A DNA stretch of 27,331 nt, from assembly GCA_031425655.1 (NCBI GenBank), contig JANPJS010000083.1, positions 1-27,331 on the forward strand. The letters are read 5' to 3'. Positions 17,432-26,500 of this stretch are shown here, piece by piece. Position 1 is the first letter of the stretch, and every line of letters starts with the position of its first letter. The stretch comes from Abditibacteriaceae bacterium. GTDB taxonomy: Bacteria > Armatimonadota > Abditibacteriia > Abditibacteriales > Abditibacteriaceae. The translations under genes and the position numbers were made by a program. The notes below the pieces were generated by a model that was not told where the DNA came from, searched no databases, and worked only from the letters and a program-made list of their open reading frames with translations.

Positions 17432-17445
17432 GTGTGCGGGGTTGG

Positions 17446-17620
17446 CCCCTCACCCCCGGCCCAGAGAACCCCATCCCCAACCCTTCCCCTTGATACGGCG
17501 AAGGGGAAGGGAGTCCCGTCGCATCTGTTCAGTGAAAAGCAATAATTCTTCCGAAGCAGAAGGGTCTCGACCTCCCTTCCCCTTTGCCGTATCAAGGGGA
17601 AGGGCCGGGGATGGGGTTCT
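17446..17620. repeat. REP-like inverted doublet (CCC..CCCTTCCCC...GGGGAAGGG type)
   Basis: 49-bp arms 17465-17513 and 17572-17620 are near-perfect reverse complements, each with an internal hairpin CCCTTCCCCTT...AAGGGGAAGGG. Partial copy CCCCTCACCCCCGGCCC just upstream. Confidence 0.85.
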
Positions 17621-17628
17621 GATGGGGT

Positions 17629-17919
17629 TTAAGTCGCCGGCCTCACAATCTTGGTGGCTTTGCCGCCGTTTTCGTTGCCCGTCGTGGCCATGACGTAGAC
17701 CTTGAAGCTGGCGATGGCGCCGGGCACAGTCAATCCCCAATCGGTGTCGTAGGCGGTGGCATTGGCGGCGAGGTCGGCGACGATTTCTTCGTCGCCCGCT
17801 TTATATGTGCCGCCGGTGCAGGCGCGAACTTGCAATTTGTCGAGATTCGGCGACGTCGAGGCGGGCTATGTCAGGCGCGCTTTGGTGCGCGGCGCCAAGA
17901 CCCGCGCCGTTACCGAGTT
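17629..17919 (-). pseudogene. 3' remnant of a beta-sandwich (FN3-like) hypothetical gene with internal stop
   Basis: Frame reads NSVTARVLAPRTKARLT*PASTSPNLDKLQVRAC...ASFKVYVMATTGNENGG...RPAT*. TAG at 17866-17868 sits where an FN3-like 'LTW.AS' Trp is expected; no start or SD; coding-like codon usage. Confidence 0.6.
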
Positions 17920-19167
17920 TTACAAAGGCACTTTCCAGCGCGCGGTAAACGTCAGATAAGGATCGCCGCGTTGCCATAAGGTATCGCACAAAACGCGCAG
18001 CGATGGCTGCAAAGTTTGCTGACTTTCTTGGCCGTTTACTTCAAAGAAAATCGGCTTGCCAAAATCTATCAGGCGACTATCAAGCAAAACCGTTAAATCG
18101 GTCACGTTCGGCGTGGTGGTGATAGTAATTTTGTTATCGTGGCACGAAGCGTTAATTTCCTGCTTTTTGGCGGGCGCCGCGCAATGCAGCCAATAAAAAT
18201 CGCAGATGACGCCATCGGTTTGTTCCCACGTCAAGTCGCGCGGCACCGGGTTGCGTGTGTGCGGATATAGATCCACAATTGTATCTGTATCCGGCAAACC
18301 GCCGTGCCCGAAACCTGTCAGAAGCTCGATTTTCACCGGATAAATATCGCTGCGCGGGCCGCGTAATTCTTGAATCTGCGCGGCAAATTGCTGGTTGAGC
18401 GCAAAGCGATTATGCGCCGTATCGTTTTCGCCGACCATCGCCGAAAACGGCGTGTTCCGTAGCGTTTTGGCGGATGTCTCGTTGGGCGTTAGCGCCGCTG
18501 CCGAAGCGTGAATGGCGGCAAAGCGATCCGGCATTTTCGGGCCGATGGTGTAAGCGCCATAGCCACCATGCGAGTAGCCGATTAAGAACACTTTGTTGGC
18601 GTCCACTTCGCCAAACAGCAAAAATTGATTGATTAAATTTTTCACCAGTGGATAAACGTAATCATCGTAAAAACCATTCCAAATGTTGTTGGGCGCACGC
18701 AATGCCACATAGCAATAACCACCGAGTTCGGGGTGGTCTTTGTAATAAATTTGCATATGCCGCCACTGCGAATCATTGAATTCCTGCGTGGTGCCGCCGC
18801 CGCCGTGCATGGCAATCACCAGCGGCCAACCTGAGAGAGGGCGCGTGCCGACGGTTTTCGCAAAATACGGGCTAAGATAGGTTTCAAAGCGCACCTGTCG
18901 GCTATCGAAATCAGCTTTTTGCGCTTCATGAATCGGCGCGTCACGGTAGGCTTGCCACGCGGCCTGACGCACATCGTCCTCGTGGCTGCTTAGCCACTTT
19001 TCCAGTTTCGGCGCGAATTGATATTCGGCGCGCTGCTCCGGCGTGGCCGCAAAATAAGGTGTCATAGCTTGTTGCAGTGGCACCGCGTCTTCGGGAGCCA
19101 GCGACAAGTCGGCGCAGGCAAGGCGGCAAAAAATCAGAGTGCAAAAGATGAGGCGAAACAATTTCAT
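17920..19167 (-). CDS. Secreted alpha/beta-hydrolase (esterase/peptidase-like)
   Basis: Signal peptide; PLVIAMHGGGG oxyanion region, VDANKVFLIGYSHGGYG (GxSxG), PDRFAA, VGEND, GFGHG. Confidence 0.85.
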   Translation of the reverse strand: MKLFRLIFCTLIFCRLACADLSLAPEDAVPLQQAMTPYFAATPEQRAEYQFAPKLEKWLSSHEDDVRQAAWQAYRDAPIHEAQKADFDSRQVRFETYLSPYFAKTVGTRPLSGWPLVIAMHGGGGTTQEFNDSQWRHMQIYYKDHPELGGYCYVALRAPNNIWNGFYDDYVYPLVKNLINQFLLFGEVDANKVFLIGYSHGGYGAYTIGPKMPDRFAAIHASAAALTPNETSAKTLRNTPFSAMVGENDTAHNRFALNQQFAAQIQELRGPRSDIYPVKIELLTGFGHGGLPDTDTIVDLYPHTRNPVPRDLTWEQTDGVICDFYWLHCAAPAKKQEINASCHDNKITITTTPNVTDLTVLLDSRLIDFGKPIFFEVNGQESQQTLQPSLRVLCDTLWQRGDPYLTFTARWKVPL

Positions 19168-19242
19168 GAAGTAACCTAAACGGCGTCGTGTGAATTCGAC
19201 ACAATGTTTAGTTTAGTCATAGGTTCATCGTGTGTTTGCGCT

Positions 19243-20262
19243 TTAAATCTCACGTTTTTCTGGCGCTTTTGAAGATTCGCGCAACACAAGTTTGGCCTCT
19301 AATTCGATGTATTGGCGCGGCGCATCCGGCGCGGCGAGGCGCTTTTGCAAAAACTCCCACGCATGGAAAATGATTTCATCATAAGGCTGCGCGATGGTGC
19401 TAAGCGGCGGCACATGATATTCGGCGTTGGCGAGGCCATCGTTGCCAATCAGCGCCACATCTTCGGGCACGCGGTAGCCCAATTCATGCAAGGCACCATG
19501 CGCGGCGACGGCCTGCTCGTCGCTGCCGCAAAAAATGGCGTCCGGGCAACCATTCGTTTTCACATAATCAAGGATGGCACGCCACGCATGAAGATGAATC
19601 GGCTTGAGTAACGGCGCCAGAATGTATTCCTGCGGGCGGTCAACACTCAGCATAGTCGCTTTATAGACCAAATAACGCACATCGCCGTAATTGGGCATTG
19701 CGTCAACGCACAAGAAGGCCACGCGCTGACGGGTTTGCACTAAATAGCGCATCGCTTGCTCGCAGGCGGGCCGAATTTTGATCAAAATCGTGTCAATTTC
19801 GGGGCCGGGCCGATACGGAAAGGCATCGTAAACCATCGAAATCAGCGGTCTGTTGGGTTTGCCATCGTTTAAAATCCAATCCGGCAAATAGGCGACAGAA
19901 AACGCGAAAACCCCATCAACCGGCCAATCCGCCGTCGGAAATTCATCGGGATAAGCGCCACTTTCTCGATTCAGCACATTGGTTATCTGCAATTTATAAG
20001 GGCGAATCTTGTTGTCCAGCCCGTTGATAATGTGCATCGAATGCGGGTCTAAGCTGGGCGAATACCAGAACGCTATATTGTTGGTCTTGCCCGTCACCAG
20101 CGCCTGAGCCAGAAAATTGGGCCGATAGCCCAGTTTTCTGGCCGCCTCAAAAACGCTGGCGCGCGTTTCGGGACTGATACGCCCAATGTCGGTGAGCGCC
20201 TGCGCCACCGTCGACCGCGAAATACCCAGATGCCGGGCGATGTCTTTTTGTGTAACTGCGAT
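19243..20262 (-). CDS. LacI-family transcriptional regulator (probable ATC start)
   Basis: VTQKDIARHLGISRSTVAQAL HTH, LGYRPNFLAQALVTGKT hinge, PDAIFCGSD, VPEDVALIGND, PPLSTIAQP, LVLRESS. SD AAGGAG lies 7 nt before ATC. Confidence 0.9.
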   Translation of the reverse strand: MAVTQKDIARHLGISRSTVAQALTDIGRISPETRASVFEAARKLGYRPNFLAQALVTGKTNNIAFWYSPSLDPHSMHIINGLDNKIRPYKLQITNVLNRESGAYPDEFPTADWPVDGVFAFSVAYLPDWILNDGKPNRPLISMVYDAFPYRPGPEIDTILIKIRPACEQAMRYLVQTRQRVAFLCVDAMPNYGDVRYLVYKATMLSVDRPQEYILAPLLKPIHLHAWRAILDYVKTNGCPDAIFCGSDEQAVAAHGALHELGYRVPEDVALIGNDGLANAEYHVPPLSTIAQPYDEIIFHAWEFLQKRLAAPDAPRQYIELEAKLVLRESSKAPEKREI

Positions 20263-20430
20263 TTGAAATCTCCTTGCCGATTTTAGCGAGTTTGTGGAGC
20301 AAGCACAGTTCAACTGCAAATGCTGCCTTTGATACTCTGTTGTGGCACAAATTTCCCCGTTTATTCGCTTTTTTAGGCCTATTTCACCAATTTTCAATCA
20401 CAAATCGTATAAAATATGCCATTTTCCATC

Positions 20431-20459
20431 TTGCAAGCCAACAGGTGTTACCTTATAAT
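20431..20459 (+). promoter_or_regulatory. Sigma70-type promoter for the giant surface protein gene
   Basis: TTGCAA (20431-20436), 17-bp spacer, TATAAT (20454-20459). Confidence 0.7.
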
Positions 20460-20467
20460 TATGCTTT

Positions 20468-20483
20468 GATAACTGGTGTTATC
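20468..20483. promoter_or_regulatory. Candidate operator palindrome
   Basis: GATAAC-tggt-GTTATC just after the predicted +1; related copy AACAGGTGTTA in the -35/-10 spacer. Confidence 0.5.
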
Positions 20484-20576
20484 GCAAGGTGGAATTTGCA
20501 AATTCTCTTTTGCGTCAACATGAATACAAAAGGAATTGCGGCTATGAGCCGCCAAAATGACAAAGGTGAGGGTTTT

Positions 20577-23500
20577 ATGAAACAAGGGCAGCACGTTTGG
20601 AATGGGGAGGGGCGAGCGAATCGCCGGGGATGGTCGAATGGGCGGTCAGTGTTATTGTCAACGCTGATGGCGTTATTGCTCCCGTGGATGGCCTCAGGAG
20701 CCTTTGCAGGTGTTGGGGCTACCACGTCCACATTCAGTTACACCGGGAACGATCAGAGTTTTACTGTGCCCGCAGGCGTGACCTCCCTCACTGTGAAACT
20801 TTGGGGCGCTGGTGGTGCTGGTGGTGGTTACCATGCCGGTATTGAAACTGGCGGTAAAGGCGGTAGCGGTGCCTTTGTCACAGGCACGCTGGCAGTTACG
20901 CCGGGTGAAATCCTCACGTTGGTTGTCGCTGGTGGTGGAAATGCCAACGGCTCTGCGACCTATGGCGGTGGTGCCGGTGCCGGTTTGGAGGGAGCTGGCT
21001 CTGGGGGAGGCCGCTCCGCAATTCGTCGAGCCTTGGCCGAAGTGGTCACAGCCGGCGGTGGCGGCGGTGGTAGCACTAATCAAACTGACCCGATTTCTGC
21101 AAATATTCCGGGTGGTGCCGGAGGTCTGACGACAGGCTCATCCGGTGCCGATGGAACTGATTACGATAACACTGGAACCCGCGTAGGCGGTGGCGGCGGC
21201 GGAACACAGGCAAGCGGTGGTGCGGGTGGTGCGGGTGCGTTTTTTGGAGGTAATGCAGGCACCGCAGGGAGTATGCTCACAGGCGGCAGCGGTGGAAATG
21301 TGTATGGCGGCGGCGGCGGCGGTGGTTACTTCGGTGGTGGTGGCGGTGGCGGTAGTAGTGGTCTTGACTCTGGTGGCGGCGGTGGCGGCGGTTCGTCGTT
21401 TCTTGCCAACCTCACTGCATCGGGTGGTAGCGCCGCTGGATCGGCGGATACGCCGGGCGGCACCGCAGACGCCGACTATGTCGCAGGGATTGGCACCGGT
21501 GGTGTGGCAAATGGAAACGGTGGCAATGGGCGGATTGTTTTAAGCTACACGCCAACCAACGCGCCTATCGTAGTTACCAGCGCGGCGAACAACATCACGG
21601 CAACGGGTGCCACGCTTTACGCTTCGCTTAACCCTAAGGGCTTTGCGACAACGGCTAAATTCCAATACGGCACGACGACCAGCTATGGCTCTGAAGTCAG
21701 CGTTGCGTTCACGCCGAACGACGACAGCACAGATCATGCGGTCAGCGCGAACATTAGTGGCTTGAGTCCGAACACGCTTTATCACTTCCGCGCCGTAGCG
21801 ACCAATAGTGAGGGCACGACCAACGGCGGTGATTTGACGTTCACGACTGCACCAGCCGTCACACAGCAACCCACCGACCAGAGCGTGCCCAAAAACACCA
21901 CAGCCACTTTCAGGGCTTTGTCGAGTGGCATGAGAACCCGAACCGGACCGAGTCAACTGTCAAACGACCAGAGCCTTTTGCCGAATGAGTGCATGATTTC
22001 TCCCAACGGCGGCTATGAATTGCTCTACCAAACCGACGGCAATTTAGTGTTGCGTGACGCCGCTGATACTATTTTGTGGGCGTCCAACACCTCCGGCACC
22101 ACACCAAAAGAAGCCAAGATGCAAAGCGACGGCAACTTTGTGGTTTACGACAGCGCGGGCACAGCACGCTTCGCCAGCGGCACCGGTGGCAACCCCGGCG
22201 CGGTTTTGAAGCTACAAAACGATGGCAATCTCGTGATTTATACCTCCGGCGGCTCGGCGATTTGGTCAACCGGCACAGGTTACAGCCAACGGGGTTTGAC
22301 CTCCGATCCGGTGCCCACGACGCAGTGGCAAGTCAGCACCGACAACGGCGCGACATTCACCAACATTACGGGCGCGACTTTGCCCGTTTACAGCTTCACG
22401 GCGGTTTTGGCGGACAACAACAAGCAGTATCGCGCCATTTTTACCAACAGCAGCGGTGCTTCTGTCACCAGCAATGCCGCCAATTTGACGGTGCGCGATG
22501 TGGCGGATGTTACCGCGTCGGGCGATCCGGTGACGGCCATTAAGAACAGCAATGAGGTGGCAACCGAACCCACAGACTATTCCGGTTCCGAAGGGCCGGA
22601 TAAAGCCATTGACAACCTCAGTAGCAGCAAATACTTGAACTTCACCAAAGAAAATTCGGGCCTTGTGGTCACGCCTCAAGTCGGCGCAACACTTGTCACC
22701 GATGTGCGTTTCGCAACGGCCAACGATGCACCCGAACGCGACCCGCTGACCTATCAGTTGCAAGGGTCGAACAATTTCAACACGGCATCGCCCAATCCTT
22801 CGACGGCGACATGGACAACTATCGCCTCCGGCTCGACAGGTCTGGACCTTGATCCGGGACGGAATGTGGCTGGCCCGGCGGTCAGTTTTTCCAACTTAAC
22901 GTATTACAAGTCTTACAAGCTCATTTTCCCAACGCTGCGCAACAGCAGCAGTGCCAACTCCATGCAAGTGGCCGAAATTGAGCTTATCGGCGTAGCCATT
23001 CCCGCTGATACAGCCCAAAACGGCCCGAATTTCGTGGTCAACAGCACCGCCGCCACGGACGATGGCACTTGCGGCGTCACCAATTGCACCCTGCGCGAAG
23101 CGATTAATGCGGCCAATGCCAACGCCAATGCCAATAATATCACTTTCGATGGTGCAACCTTTGCCTCAGCACAAACGATCAACTTGGGAAGCGGTTTAAT
23201 AATTAGCAATCCTGTGACCATCACCGGCACGGGCGCAAGGCTGCTCACGGTGCGGGCCAACTCCTCGAACTTCATAGTTTTCAGCATCTCCAGTGGAACA
23301 GTTAAGATTTCTGGGATGACGATTTCTAATGCGCAAGGCGTGCAAAGCAGTGGCGATGTGACCCTTGATGGCGTTACGGTTTCCGGTGCGAGTGCCAGCT
23401 TTTTTGGTGCAGTTCACAACGTGTTCGGAATAATGACGATCCTCAACTCAACCATCAGCAACAACGCGTGCATTGGTTTGATTGCTGAGGGAACGACCAG

Positions 23501-26500
23501 TGTTTCCAATACGACCATCTCCGGCAACAACGCTTCAGGTAGTTTCTGTGGCGTATTTGTAGGGAATGCCCCGCTCAATCTGGATAGCGTTACCGTGACA
23601 AACAACCGACCAGGTGGCATTAGAAATATTGGTGGCACAGTCAATGTCCGCAACACCATCGTCGCGGGAAATGGAACGACCGGTTCAAGCGGCGGAACTC
23701 CAGCGGACATCTTCGGCGCGTTTGTTTCGCAGGGCAATAACTTGATTGGAACCACAACGGGCGGCACCGGCTTTACGCAGCCAAGCGACAAAACAAACGT
23801 TGCGGCCAACATCGGCGCGCTCGCCAACAACGGCGGCCCGACCGATACGCACGCGCTTCTGACTAATAGTCCGGCCATTGATGCGGGCGATACGACCTTA
23901 ACCAACGACCAGCGTGGCGTGGCGCGTCCGCAAGGCAGCGCCGATGACATTGGCGCTTACGAAGTAACACCGCCGCCAACGCTGGGCATCAACAATGTAA
24001 CGGCCAATGAAGGCAACCCTGCCCAAGGGATTCCCGGCACAACCGATTTTGTCTTTACCGTGACGCGCAGCGGCGATACGTCTGGCATTTCCACGGTGCA
24101 ATATGCCACGGCTGACGACACGGCGACGGCGGGCAGCGATTACACCGCCAAGACCGGCACGCTCACCTTCCCGGCGAACGACACGGCAGCCCAAACTTTC
24201 ACCGTCACCATCACCGGCGATCAAGGCAAAGAAACAAACGAAACCTTCAACGTCACGTTGAGCGCCCCGACGAACGCCACCATCACGACGGCGACAGGCA
24301 TCGGCACCATCACCAACGACGACAGCGCGCCGGTTGCGTCCAACTTCGCGGCTTCGACATGGGCCGGACGCGCCATCATCAACCGCCCGACAGCGGCCAG
24401 CGATAGCAACGGCGACACGCTCACTTACAGCATGGGCACAACGCTGCCCACGCTCGGCACCGTCGGCGAAGTGCTTTCCAGCGACGGCCTGTTCCTTTAT
24501 ACGCCGAACAACAGCACCGACACCGGGACGGACACTTTCACCATCAACGTCAGCGACGGCGCCAACACCACGCCGCTCACGGTTACGGTCACTATCGGCG
24601 CCGCGCCTGCAGCGGGCACCCTGATTTACACCAGTGTCGGCGCCTCGGACGCCAACGCCGTCGGCGCGACGAGCTTCGCTAACGGCTACACCAGCCTGTT
24701 ACTGGGCAAAGAGAACGCGATGTATGGCGCGGGCACATGGGCGCTGTCTAACCGGGGCGTCAACGGCTTCACGACCGCCGACCTGCTGCGAAGCGTCGGC
24801 GGCACCACGGCGCTGGCCTTAGCAACGGGCGACAACCCGCGCGCCGTTACGCTGTGGATCGGCCCCAACGATGTCAAGAACTTCGCGTTCGCCCACTTCG
24901 TTGTCCCCCCGACCGAGCCGGAGATTGCCGCTTTCCTGACCCAGTTCAACAGCGATTACACAGCGGTGCTGACAGCCCTCAAGGGCGCGCTGACCGGCAG
25001 TCCGGCGGGCATCGTCACGGCCAACATTCCCAAGATCGGCAACCTGCCCGCCGCTCTGGTCTTCTCTGCTCCTCAAAGGGCGGCGCTCAACGACTTGTGC
25101 CGCCGCGCTTCGGATGTCATCAACGCCGCCGCAGTCGGCAAAGCACCGGTGCTTGACCTTTACACCAGCAGCGACAGCGCCGTCCTCGGCGATACCTCAG
25201 GGGACGGTTTCCATCCCAGCAATCAGGGCTATGCCAAGTTAGCCGATGGATTCTGGACGCTGCTGCGTCCGCAGCTCAACCGCAAGCCAGTCGCCGACGC
25301 GCAAACCCTCAGCACGCCCGAAGGCACCGATTTGAACGGCACGCTCACGGCCAGCGACCCCGACTTGGACGAAGGCGCTTTGACCTTAACCGTGAACCAA
25401 CCGGCGACGGGCAAGGGCAGCGTAGTCTTCAACGCGGCGGATAACACCTTCACTTACAGCCCGCCCAACGCCGATTACAACGGCGACGGCAGCTTTACCT
25501 TCACGGCCTCCAACAGCACCGGCACCAGCGACGCGGCGACGATTACCGTCACCGTCACCGCGGTCAACGACGCGCCTTCTTTCACCAAAGGCGCCGATCA
25601 GACCGTGGTCGAAGATGCTGGGGCGCAGACCGTCAATAACTGGGCCACGGCGCTCTCCGCCGGCCCTGCGGATGAAGCGGGGCAAACGCTCGACTTCCTT
25701 GTGAGCAACAACAACAACGCCCTGTTCAGTGTGCAGCCGGCTATTGACGCCAATGGCACGCTGAGCTACACAACCGCCGCCGAAGCCAACGGCAGCGCGA
25801 CGGTGTCGGTGCAGATCCACGACAACGGCGGCACCGCTAACGGCGGCGTCAATACCTCGGCGACGCAAACCTTCACCATCAGCGTGACGCCCGCTCTGAC
25901 GATCAGCATCACCACGCCGAGCGCCGGCGCCAGCTTGACTGACCTGAGCGGCGGCATTTCCGGCACGGCGCAGGACAACCAGAATGCCAACGGCATTCAA
26001 GAAGTGCGAGTGGTCTTGCACCGCTTAGCCAACGGGGCCGCGCAGTATTGGACGGGCAGCGCGTGGAGCAGCACCTCAACCTATATAGTCGCCTCCCTGA
26101 CCCCGCCCGGTGGCTTCAATGTGGGCTGGAGCTTGGCCGCCGGTCAACTGCCTGCGGGAGCCGACTTGACGGCGCGGACTTATTACCTGCGGGCGTGGGC
26201 TTACGACCATCCCACCCTGGCCACGGAATTCGCCTACAGCGGCCAGCAGACTTTCACCATCGGCGGGGCGGACACTACGGCACCTCTGAGCGTAGTCATC
26301 GGCACTCCGGCAGCGGGCGCGACGGTCGAAAACCTGAGCGGCGGCATCAGTGGCAGCGCGCAGGACAACGCGGGCGGTTCGGGCCTCAATCGCGTGTTGC
26401 TGATTCTGCACCGCTATGTGAGCGGCACCGCGCAGTATTGGAACGGCAGTGCGTGGGTGGGCACGGCGGTTTACCTGAACACCACCCTGAGCAGTCCGGG

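Noticed and set aside
17866..17868. Pyrrolysine or stop read-through at the in-frame TAG
   Set aside because: No pyl genes or supporting context; the fragment also lacks a start, so a TGG-to-TAG nonsense change is simpler.
20274..20576. ORF-track N-terminal extensions of the giant protein and LacI that overlap each other
   Set aside because: AT-rich intergenic DNA containing the promoter; better SD-supported starts lie at 20577 (+) and 20262 (-).
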